Source: an uncultured Planctomycetia bacterium (GTDB lineage: Bacteria > Planctomycetota > MHYJ01 > WSZJ01 > CAZYRM01). From it: a stretch of DNA of 64,000 nucleotides. Position numbers and translations under genes: made by a program. Shown here one piece after another: positions 19,802-27,466 of the stretch. Every line of letters starts with the position of its first letter. Position 1 is the first letter of the stretch. The stretch is from positions 1,480-65,479 of the forward strand of contig CAZYRM010000005.1 of the NCBI GenBank assembly GCA_964649705.1, given 5' to 3'. Below the pieces are notes generated by a model. It saw nothing but the letters and a program-made list of their open reading frames with translations, ran no database searches and was not told the DNA's origin.

Positions 19802-20210
19802 AGAGGACTCTTCCCCTCCCCAGGATCTCATCGCGAACGAAGTAGTTTCCCTGCCGCAACATCTCCCGCCACTCCCCGGGTGTGTAAACGAGGATGTCGA
19901 GAGCCTCGTGCGCATCAGCCGCAATGCGCGCGTCACGGAGGCGGTCAAGGAATGGGCAATCGGTCTCCTTGATCAGGCAGAGGTCGATGTCCGATCCCTC
20001 CCGGGCCTGTCCCCGGGCAAGGCTGCCGAAGAGGATGACACAACTCGGCTGATAGCGCTCCCGCAGGTTTCCCACGATGCGCGTGAGCTCTTCCTCCAGG
20101 ACCGAGGCGCGCTCGACCACGGGTCTGAACTCCTCTGAACGGTCATGATCGTATCGTCCGAGACACGTTCGGACAAGTTGGATCCTCGCCCAACGCGAGC
20201 TCCGCCTCAT
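19785..20210 (-). CDS. Minimal nucleotidyltransferase (MNT) domain protein, HEPN/MNT pair
   Basis: VILFGSLARGQAREGSDIDLCLI, the GS...DxD pol-beta nucleotidyltransferase motif. An alternative GTG start at 20120 has GAGGAG 9 nt upstream. Confidence 0.75.
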   Translation of the reverse strand: MRRSSRWARIQLVRTCLGRYDHDRSEEFRPVVERASVLEEELTRIVGNLRERYQPSCVILFGSLARGQAREGSDIDLCLIKETDCPFLDRLRDARIAADAHEALDILVYTPGEWREMLRQGNYFVRDEILGRGRVLYGKPA

Positions 20211-20217
20211 CGGCCGG

Positions 20218-20469
20218 CTACCGGGCGGGGAGCACGACCTTAGCGTCGGCGGCCTGGCCGGCAACGACGTCGACCTCGAGCGAGGCGCGACGGTCCTCGA
20301 GGACGACCTCGCCCCGATAGCGGCCCGGCGCCAGGTCGTCGCGCGCGATCCGTCCCAAGGCGTCCGAGTCGCCCTGGAAGGGGTCGGAAAGGTCCTCCTG
20401 GCGTAGGGGACGATCGACGACCTGCCCTTGCGCGTCCCAAAGCCCGAGCCTCGCGCGTGCGAGCGGCAA
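20218..20469 (-). CDS. Short ORF with a carboxypeptidase-regulatory-like beta-sandwich fragment; possible gene remnant
   Basis: C-terminal GRYRGEVVLEDRRASLEVDVVAGQAADAKVVLP resembles a CarboxypepD_reg domain. No convincing start context. Confidence 0.3.
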   Translation of the reverse strand: MPLARARLGLWDAQGQVVDRPLRQEDLSDPFQGDSDALGRIARDDLAPGRYRGEVVLEDRRASLEVDVVAGQAADAKVVLPAR

Positions 20470-20474
20470 GCCGT

Positions 20475-21242
20475 CTACGACGCTCCGAACGACCCGTGGC
20501 GGCCGGCGCCGCCGGCGAATTTGAGCGCGCCCGCAAGCGACTCGGATTCAAGGACTCCGGCGCCGCAGCGGAACTCGTTCCGTAACGCCTCGTCGAGTTC
20601 GAGGTGGGCCTGCCCGTAGACGGAGCGACGGTCCGCGAGGACGCAGCCGAAGGGGAACGCCGCGATCTCGCGCGCAAGCTGCTCGGCGGCCTGGCGCGAT
20701 TCCCCGCGCGGCACGAGACGATTCACGAGCCCCATACCCAGGGCCTCGGCGGCGCCTACCGGGCGCCCCGTCAGGATCAGGTCAAGCGCGCGCGACATCC
20801 CCACGAGGCGCGGGAGGCGGACCGTTCCTCCGTCCACGAGCGGGACACCCCAGCGCCGACAAAAGACGCCCAGCACGGCGTCCTCCTCCGCGACGCGCAG
20901 GTCGCACCACAGCGCGAGCTCGAGGCCGCCGGCAACGGCGTGCCCCGCGATGGCGGCGATCACCGGCTTCGACAGCCGCATCCGCGACGGCCCCATCGCT
21001 CCGGGCCCGGTCTCCTCCAGCCGCGGCAGGTCCCCCTTCGCCACGGCCTTCAGATCGGCCCCGGCGCAGAACGTCCCTCCCTCTCCCCACAGGACCGCGA
21101 CTCGCGTCCTCGGGTCGGCGTCGAACTCGCGAAACGCCTCGACGAGACGGTCCGCCGTCTCGCGATCCACGGCGTTACGCACCTCGGGGCGATCGAGGAC
21201 CACGGTCGTCACCTCGCCTCCCCGCTCCACGCGCACGCTCAT
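20475..21242 (-). CDS. Enoyl-CoA hydratase/isomerase (crotonase) family protein
   Basis: Full-length crotonase fold, 255 aa: GGTFCAGADL oxyanion-hole region and AIAGHAVAGGLELAL. Confidence 0.85.
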   Translation of the reverse strand: MSVRVERGGEVTTVVLDRPEVRNAVDRETADRLVEAFREFDADPRTRVAVLWGEGGTFCAGADLKAVAKGDLPRLEETGPGAMGPSRMRLSKPVIAAIAGHAVAGGLELALWCDLRVAEEDAVLGVFCRRWGVPLVDGGTVRLPRLVGMSRALDLILTGRPVGAAEALGMGLVNRLVPRGESRQAAEQLAREIAAFPFGCVLADRRSVYGQAHLELDEALRNEFRCGAGVLESESLAGALKFAGGAGRHGSFGAS

Positions 21243-21294
21243 CGAACACCTCCTCTCGACTGGATTCGCAACAGGTCATTGCCCGCCCTCCCGG

Positions 21295-22098
21295 CTAGGC
21301 CGGGTGGCCGAGGGCGATCAGGTAGACGACGGTCTCGCGCGAGTCGATCTTCAGCGTCTCCGCGACGCCCGCCTCGTGGAAGCCTCCGATCGGGCAGCAC
21401 GCGAGACCCAGGGCCGTTGCTGCCAGGATCAGGTTCTGCGCCAGGTGACCCGCGTCGAGCCAGACGAAGCGGTAACCCCGCTCGCCGTACTTGCGCAGCG
21501 TGCGCTCGAAGACCGCAGAGAGGACCAGAACGACAGGCGCCGAGAGCTCCTCTTCGGCCGTCATCACCGAGGAGGCCAGCGCGTCGCGGATGGGGCCCTC
21601 GAAGAGCGTCTCGAGGCAGGAGTCGACGGGGTCGTAGTGGTGCGCCCCCGCGTAGGGGCCGTCGAGGACCGCGGCGTAGAGCTCGATTGGGTAGATCCCC
21701 CCCGCGCTCGGCCAGGCGCGAAGCCGCTGCACGAGACCGCTCGTCCCAGGGACGGGAAGCTCCCCCGTGACGCCCGCCGCCGATCCGAGGAGGCGGCCCA
21801 GGAGGCCGAGGTCGAGAGGCCTCCGTGCGAAGCGGCGGACGGTGCGGCGACGGCGAAGGACGCTCCAGAGGGAGGCCATGCGCCAGGCCCGCCCCGCGGG
21901 GAGCGGAGTCCGCTTTGCGCCGGGATACGTTCGCCGCGCCTGGGTCGACTCGATCATCGCGTCCGCGTCGTCGAGGAAGTGGCGGATAGGCTCGGTGCGC
22001 CATGCGCCGACGTTCGGCCCGAGCTTCGATCCGTCGAGGTGCGTCCTCGCGAGCGGCCAGGTCTCCACGTCGTCGAGCGGTGTAGGGTTCCAGCGCAT
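21295..22098 (-). CDS. SagB/ThcOx-type nitroreductase-fold dehydrogenase (TOMM B protein)
   Basis: Start MRWNPTPL with GGAGGAG upstream. AGGIYPIELYA and YRFVWLDAGHLAQNLILAATALGLACCPIGGF are typical of SagB-type FMN dehydrogenases. Confidence 0.8.
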   Translation of the reverse strand: MRWNPTPLDDVETWPLARTHLDGSKLGPNVGAWRTEPIRHFLDDADAMIESTQARRTYPGAKRTPLPAGRAWRMASLWSVLRRRRTVRRFARRPLDLGLLGRLLGSAAGVTGELPVPGTSGLVQRLRAWPSAGGIYPIELYAAVLDGPYAGAHHYDPVDSCLETLFEGPIRDALASSVMTAEEELSAPVVLVLSAVFERTLRKYGERGYRFVWLDAGHLAQNLILAATALGLACCPIGGFHEAGVAETLKIDSRETVVYLIALGHPA

Positions 22099-22111
22099 GG
22101 GCTCCTCCAGG

Positions 22112-23179
22112 CTACGGGATCGGATGGGGCGATCGATTCCGGACGACGAGGCCGGGCGCGCCGAGGAAGGGCCAGTCCTCGATCGCATGCAGCGGCGCGA
22201 GACCGGGGACGATCGCCTTCACCACGTGGAACCCCGCGCAAGCGAGGTCCGACGACGTAAGGTCCTTCCACCAGGGCGCGTACCCGGCCGCGAGGAGCGC
22301 CTCACGCGGATCGACGCGGCACGCGGTCGGCGCCCGCCTCGGACCGGTGCGAAACAGGTCGAGCACCGCACGCCGCTCCGCGTGGTCCGTGTAGAACCTC
22401 GCGTGGTCCTCGAACGACTCCAGCCTGTCCCGCGGAGTCGACCTGCGGACGAGGGAGCGCACGTAGATTTGCCCGAGCTCCGCCTCGAGGTGCGCCTTCC
22501 CGAGCGCCTCGTCGAACGTCCGCGCCGCCGCGGTGCCTACCGAGACGACGTCGCGCTCCACGAGCACCGCCGCGACGGGAACGCCGAGCCGCCCCGTCAG
22601 GTCGACCGCGTGGGCGCCGGCCAGATCCACCGTCGGCGCCGGCTCCCCCGCGAACCACCAGCGGACGAAGGCGTCCCGCTCGATCGCCTCCAGCAACGCG
22701 GAGTCGAGCGCCGAGTCTACCGTCGGCCCGGCAGCGAGCCCTGTCGAGAGCGACGGGCCGAAGACCGCCTCCCCCGCCGCCGGCGCGTACGGGATGTACA
22801 CCGCGAACGCGGGGGCCGAGCGGGGCCGCCCCGTGGCCAGGTCGATCCCCTCCACCCACGCGCAGGGACCTTCGCTCGCGAAAGGGAACCCCGGGCCTCG
22901 TCGCTGCTCGTCCGAGAACGGCGCGACGTCGCCCGGCAGCACCGCGCCGGCCGGCGGCGGACCGACGACGCGCGCGAACCCCGCCGGCGTCGACGCCCCG
23001 TACCGCTCCGCCGCCTCCCCGAGGCAACGCAGCAGCGCCTCCTCGCGCGTCCACCCTCCCCCCGCTGCGTTCGGGAGACACGCCCCCCGACCAAGCGCCG
23101 CGGCGTCGCACAACTCCGCGGCGAACGCGAACATGGGCGGGTCCGACTCCGAGCGGACCGCCTCCACGACGCGGCGCAC
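22112..23179 (-). CDS. YcaO-domain cyclodehydratase (TOMM D protein); start uncertain
   Basis: GGGWTREEALLRCLGEAAERY and a C-terminal FHVVKAIVPGLAPLHAIED match YcaO. The frame stays open to 23887, but upstream residues are junk overlapping the C-protein gene. Candidate starts are GTG 23179, GTG 23167 and ATG 23134. Confidence 0.6.
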   Translation of the reverse strand: MRRVVEAVRSESDPPMFAFAAELCDAAALGRGACLPNAAGGGWTREEALLRCLGEAAERYGASTPAGFARVVGPPPAGAVLPGDVAPFSDEQRRGPGFPFASEGPCAWVEGIDLATGRPRSAPAFAVYIPYAPAAGEAVFGPSLSTGLAAGPTVDSALDSALLEAIERDAFVRWWFAGEPAPTVDLAGAHAVDLTGRLGVPVAAVLVERDVVSVGTAAARTFDEALGKAHLEAELGQIYVRSLVRRSTPRDRLESFEDHARFYTDHAERRAVLDLFRTGPRRAPTACRVDPREALLAAGYAPWWKDLTSSDLACAGFHVVKAIVPGLAPLHAIEDWPFLGAPGLVVRNRSPHPIP

Positions 23180-23216
23180 GACGCCGACGTGGCGGCCGAC
23201 CAGCGCGCGGAAGGCG

Positions 23217-23978
23217 CTACGCGCCGCAGTCGGGACAGCCGGGGACGGCCCAGACGGACTCACTCCCTCCCTCCAACGTCTCGAGGTCGACGACGAACAC
23301 CCGTCCCGCCAGGAGCGGAGGGGCGTGGCGACGCGTGAACCGCTCCACCTCCGCGGCGGCCAACGCGGCGACCGCCGCCGCGTGACGGTCGGGCCCCGAC
23401 GGCCCCAGCGATCGGTCGAGCGCGGCCCAGGCGCGCTCGGCGTCCGGGTGCGCGCGATGACTCGCCAGCCGCGCTCGGTAGCAGCCCCAGCACGCCGTCT
23501 CGCCGGGGACGAAGAGCGGCCCCACGCGGGCCCACGAGCCCTGGAGCGAGACGAGGAGCCACGGACGCCGCGAGTCCAAACGCGCGCGATTCCACCCCCG
23601 CATCTCCGACGGCCGCATGACCTCCTCGTGCACGACGGCGACCTCGTCCCCCTCCTCGACGACCTCCCCATCCAGCAACGGACGGAGCCTCGGCCATAGC
23701 GGGCTCTCCCCCACCAGGCGGACGCGCGCGCGGCGCGGGACGGACGCGGCCTCCTCGAGCACGCCCGCGGCGGCGAGCCGATCGATCGCGCGGTCGGTCT
23801 CCGTCTGCGGGACGCCGTCGAGGGCAACGAGGTCGCGGCCATCGAGGATCCCGAGCAGCTCCCCGATCCATGGCTCGGGGGCGCCATCGAAGAGGTAAAC
23901 CTCGCGGTCCCCTCCGCGGACGTGGAGAGGCGGACCAGGGACGACGACGAGCCCGGCGCGGAGCCTCGGCCTCTTCAT
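23217..23978 (-). CDS. E1-like TOMM docking/cyclodehydratase C protein
   Basis: Start MKRPRLRAGLVVV, ATGA-coupled to the upstream gene. PWLLVSLQGSWARVGPLFVPGETACWGCYRARL plus a C-terminal PGCPDCGA gives two CxxC pairs, as in SagC/McbB-like E1 homologs. Confidence 0.6.
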   Translation of the reverse strand: MKRPRLRAGLVVVPGPPLHVRGGDREVYLFDGAPEPWIGELLGILDGRDLVALDGVPQTETDRAIDRLAAAGVLEEAASVPRRARVRLVGESPLWPRLRPLLDGEVVEEGDEVAVVHEEVMRPSEMRGWNRARLDSRRPWLLVSLQGSWARVGPLFVPGETACWGCYRARLASHRAHPDAERAWAALDRSLGPSGPDRHAAAVAALAAAEVERFTRRHAPPLLAGRVFVVDLETLEGGSESVWAVPGCPDCGA

Positions 23979-24637
23979 TTCGCGTCGTTCAGGTAGGCGG
24001 GGTCCTCGCGGCGGAGGCGCTCGATGCGGTCCTCCACGCGCGTCAGGACGACCTTGAGCGCGTCCCGCAGGATGGCCCGCTCCAGGAAGGCGGGGACGGG
24101 CATCCCCGACTCCGCGTGGACCTCGTACCGCGCGAAGGTGCGCGAGGCGTCGATCGGCACGAGGACCCACCTCCCCTCGTTTACGGGGAGGCTCCCGCCG
24201 AACCGCTTCCATCGCTCCACGCGCTCGCGATCGCCGACCTCGACGTCGACGTCGATCTCCGTGTAGCGATCGACGAGGAAGTGGAAGTCGATTCGCACGC
24301 GCTTGTGCGAGCCCGACTGCTCCGTCACCTTGAGCTTCGCCATGCGCGGCATGAAGTCGGTCATCCTCTCGTGGTCGTGGACGACCTTCCAGACCTGGGC
24401 GATCGGGGCCTCGACGAGGGCGGAGATCTGGATCCACGAGGCGCCATTGCGGCGGACCAGGCGGCTGTCGACGTCTCCGCGGACGAGCCCCGCGGCGTCG
24501 GTTCGCTCGGCCTCGGTCCAGGTCCCGCGGAAGGCCGGCCACGCGAAGGCGAGCAGGCCGACGAGGACGACCGCGCGGAGGACGCGCCTCTTGCGGGGCG
24601 GCGGCGCAGGGGTCGGTTCCGGGGTCGCGTCGGGCAT
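23975..24637 (-). CDS. SRPBCC (START/Bet v1-like) domain protein with an N-terminal TM anchor
   Basis: N-terminal TM helix (VVLVGLLAFAWPAF). The domain pattern VHDHERMTDFMP...KRVRIDFHFLVDRYTEIDVDVEV...RYEVHAESG fits a polyketide-cyclase-like fold. Confidence 0.7.
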   Translation of the reverse strand: MPDATPEPTPAPPPRKRRVLRAVVLVGLLAFAWPAFRGTWTEAERTDAAGLVRGDVDSRLVRRNGASWIQISALVEAPIAQVWKVVHDHERMTDFMPRMAKLKVTEQSGSHKRVRIDFHFLVDRYTEIDVDVEVGDRERVERWKRFGGSLPVNEGRWVLVPIDASRTFARYEVHAESGMPVPAFLERAILRDALKVVLTRVEDRIERLRREDPAYLNDAK

Positions 24638-24638
24638 G

Positions 24639-24992
24639 CTAGCGGAAGGTCCCCATGGCCGTGTCGATCAGGAACCCGATCCCCGCGCCCGCAGCGCCGC
24701 CGAGGACGGCGAAGGCTACGAAGCGCACGAGCGTGCCGAGGATGATGCCGAAGACGCCGACGTCGCGCTGGGCGGCCTTCCCTCCCCCGCGTACGCCGGA
24801 GACGATGCCGAGGCCACCGCCGACGAGGAGCCCGATCCCGCCTCCGACGAACGTCAGGCAGCAGCAGGTCGTGGTGCAGCAGAGGAGGCGGTTCGCGGGG
24901 GAGCCCGCCGGCGGGAAGTCGTCGGACCGTCGTACCGACCAGTCGCTCACGCCCGTCCTCCATCCACGTTGCGAGGACTCTACGCTCGCCAA
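24639..24992 (-). CDS. Small Cys/Thr-rich protein with two glycine-zipper TM helices
   Basis: LLCCTTTCCCLTFVGGGIGLLVGGGLGIVSGV...FGIILGTLVRFVAFAVLGGAAGAGIGFLI. 1-bp gap to the downstream gene. The N-terminal 36 aa are hydrophilic. Confidence 0.5.
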   Translation of the reverse strand: MASVESSQRGWRTGVSDWSVRRSDDFPPAGSPANRLLCCTTTCCCLTFVGGGIGLLVGGGLGIVSGVRGGGKAAQRDVGVFGIILGTLVRFVAFAVLGGAAGAGIGFLIDTAMGTFR

Positions 24993-25024
24993 CGAACGAC
25001 GTCAACGAACGCCGGCACGGTTCC

Positions 25025-26818
25025 TCAGCGGCCTCGGTCGACTGGGCGCGGTCGGATCAGCGACGCGATCTCGCTCTCCTCGGGGCTGGAAACTGCACCC
25101 GCCACCAGGCGGTCCACGGTCCTCTCGCCGTTCGGGCGCTCCCACTTGCAGGACCACGGAGTCATGCCGCCGGAAGGGCACGGGAGGCCCACCGCGATGG
25201 CGTCCCTCCCCGCCCGCTCCTTCGCCTCCTCGTCGAGGAGGTCCCGGGCCTGGTCCATCACGATGGGGCCGCCGTGGGGACGGAACACGACCGCCGCCGA
25301 AGTCGTCCCGGCCCTGCCGGGAAGGGCGAGGAGCCTCTCACCCACCCTGGGGCGGTACGGCGAGGGGCACTCCTCGATGCGTCCGTCGGTCCTGCGCACC
25401 ACGAATCCCGTCCTGAACCGGTCGCGGATCTCCTGCGCGGCGGGGAGCACCCTGTCCGCGGGGAGCAGGGCGACGACGTCGTCCCCGCCTACATAGAGAG
25501 GAACGCCACCGTGCCTCCGGAGCACTTCGGGGACGCAGCGCAGGGCGAAGTCCGCGAGCGCCTCGCTGAGGAACAGGTGGACGGCCGGCGTCACCCAGCG
25601 CTTGCCCTCGGGCGGGGCGACCGCCTGCGAGTGAAACACGTCCTTCCACGTCGCGAAGCCTGGCGCGGTCCCCCCGCTGAGACCGCTGCTGTGATCCCCG
25701 TCCATCACGAGGAGGGCCAGGTCGTCGGCGGCGGGGACCGCCCTGCCTCGAAACACCTGGTCGAGAGGCGCGGGGAGGTCTACCAGCGGGAGCAGGCGCT
25801 TCGTATGGCAAGCCGCGCACAGCGGCTCTCCATGCGGCAGGGCCGCCCGCCCGCAGGCGGCGCAGGTCCGGCCCGGTTCCCGCCGGGCAGGCAGGCGCCG
25901 CACCGCCTCGGAGAGCTGCCTCTGGTTCCGCTCGAAGCACTCCCGGTAGGAGGCGGCGAGTCCCTGCGTCCCCGAGGTCCGCCACGAGGTCGCCTCCCAG
26001 GCGAACTCCCACGTGCGATCGCACTCCTGCTCCCATGCCGCTCGGTCCCCCTCCACGCGGTCGGCCACGCACGAGGCGAGCCTCCGCCACTCGGCGCGGA
26101 TCGCCTCGGCCATGCGCCCCGCGAGCGAGTCGGCGATGGGCTGAGGGACAAGGGCGAGGATGCGGTTGGAGAGTCCCGGGAGGGCCAGCTCGTCCGTCGA
26201 CGTCGGGGCGCCGACCCATTGTCGGAACAGCGGCTGGCGGGAGACGCACGGGTAGATCACGTGGTCCGGCCCGAGCTCCTCGCACACGGTGCGGAGCCCG
26301 ACCCAGACGAGGTACGAGGCGATCCACGTCCCCGTCCACAGCTCTTGGAACGACGACGCGGACCACGCGAACGACCGCACGGGTCCCACGGCGAATCCGA
26401 GGAGGGCCGGGTCGCCGTCGCACGCGGCGAGCGCGCTCACGAGGGCGCCGTGGTGCCACACGGACGAATCGGGCACGAGAGGGTCCGCGGGGAACCTGGG
26501 CCACGCGCCGCCGACGACCTCGTCCGCGTCGGCCAGGAATTCCGGCAGCACCGCGAACTGGCGGAGAAACGCGTCGCGCCCTGTGCGGGCGTGGTCGAGA
26601 ACTCTGGCGAGGACCTTCCACGCCGCCACGCGCGGGACGTCGACCGACACTCGCGCGGGGGAGATCGAATGTGTGACCTCGACGCGCTCCGGGAGGCAGG
26701 CTTCGCCACAGGGCTCGGCCAGGTGATCCTCGATCTCGCGGATCTTCGGCTCGACTTCGCCCCCCAGGGACCCACGGAGGGCCGAACGAAAGACGTGGGC
26801 CTTCTCCTCCCAGTTCAC
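25025..26818 (-). CDS. Cas10/Cmr2-like palm-domain (cyclase/polymerase) protein lacking an HD domain; solo, with no other cas genes in the window
   Basis: Palm1-like GPVRSFAWSASSFQELWTGTWIASYLVW. Treble-clef Zn finger CAACGRAALPHGEPLCAACH (C-x2-C-x11-C-x2-C). Second palm with LVMDGDHSSGL and GGVPLYVGGDDVVALLPAD (the GGDD motif). Confidence 0.7.
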   Translation of the reverse strand: MNWEEKAHVFRSALRGSLGGEVEPKIREIEDHLAEPCGEACLPERVEVTHSISPARVSVDVPRVAAWKVLARVLDHARTGRDAFLRQFAVLPEFLADADEVVGGAWPRFPADPLVPDSSVWHHGALVSALAACDGDPALLGFAVGPVRSFAWSASSFQELWTGTWIASYLVWVGLRTVCEELGPDHVIYPCVSRQPLFRQWVGAPTSTDELALPGLSNRILALVPQPIADSLAGRMAEAIRAEWRRLASCVADRVEGDRAAWEQECDRTWEFAWEATSWRTSGTQGLAASYRECFERNQRQLSEAVRRLPARREPGRTCAACGRAALPHGEPLCAACHTKRLLPLVDLPAPLDQVFRGRAVPAADDLALLVMDGDHSSGLSGGTAPGFATWKDVFHSQAVAPPEGKRWVTPAVHLFLSEALADFALRCVPEVLRRHGGVPLYVGGDDVVALLPADRVLPAAQEIRDRFRTGFVVRRTDGRIEECPSPYRPRVGERLLALPGRAGTTSAAVVFRPHGGPIVMDQARDLLDEEAKERAGRDAIAVGLPCPSGGMTPWSCKWERPNGERTVDRLVAGAVSSPEESEIASLIRPRPVDRGR

Positions 26819-26826
26819 GGCTCACC

Positions 26827-27447
26827 TCACGCGTCGGCCCGCTTCGCCTGGGCGAGCCTCTCCTTGAGGCCGTCGATCGTGCGGGCCAGGATGCCCAGCA
26901 CGACCTCCTCCCGCTCCTCCAGCGACGTGGTCTCGATCAGGTGGTACCTGACCCCGGCGTTGCGCAGGTACCCCTCGATGCGCGCGGCGACGTCCGCCCG
27001 CTCCTTGAGCGTGGAGGTCTTCCAGGGCTTCTTCTTCGTTCGGTATTCCAGGACGGGAGGGAGCAGGAAGACCGCGTCGTAGGAGGCGATCTCCTGGATC
27101 GACCACTTGAAGAGCTTGTGGACGACCATGACCTCGCGGGGGTCCTTGGGATCGAACCCCCAGAAGCAGGCCCAGACGAACGGGATGAAGGTCGCCGAGT
27201 CGCAGACGACGATCTCGCTGTTCGCGAGGTCGTCCTCCCGCCGCTTCTGCCCGAGGTAGATCATGACCTGGTCGAGAGAGTCCTGACGGCGTCTCTTCGT
27301 CGGCTTGACGTAGCGGGCCAGGTAGGTGCGCGCGTACTCGAGCGCGGTGTCGACGCTGTACCCGAGCATGCTCAGCGTGTTGGCGACCCTCCGCGCGAGG
27401 ACGGTTTTCCCGCTTGAGGGGGCGCCGACGATGGCGATTTTCCGCAA
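26827..27447 (-). CDS. P-loop NTPase (AAA_28/NadR-like predicted kinase/ATPase)
   Basis: Walker A IAIVGAPSSGKTV and Walker B-like VVCDSA. 206 aa. 8-bp gap to the Cas10-like gene. Confidence 0.75.
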   Translation of the reverse strand: MRKIAIVGAPSSGKTVLARRVANTLSMLGYSVDTALEYARTYLARYVKPTKRRRQDSLDQVMIYLGQKRREDDLANSEIVVCDSATFIPFVWACFWGFDPKDPREVMVVHKLFKWSIQEIASYDAVFLLPPVLEYRTKKKPWKTSTLKERADVAARIEGYLRNAGVRYHLIETTSLEEREEVVLGILARTIDGLKERLAQAKRADA

Positions 27448-27466
27448 CGTCTCCCTCCGCGACGGA

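Noticed and set aside
23180-23887. First ~235 codons of track ORF 22112..23887
   Set aside because: Arg/Ser-rich junk overlapping the E1-like C-protein gene in another frame; YcaO-like sequence only begins near 23200.
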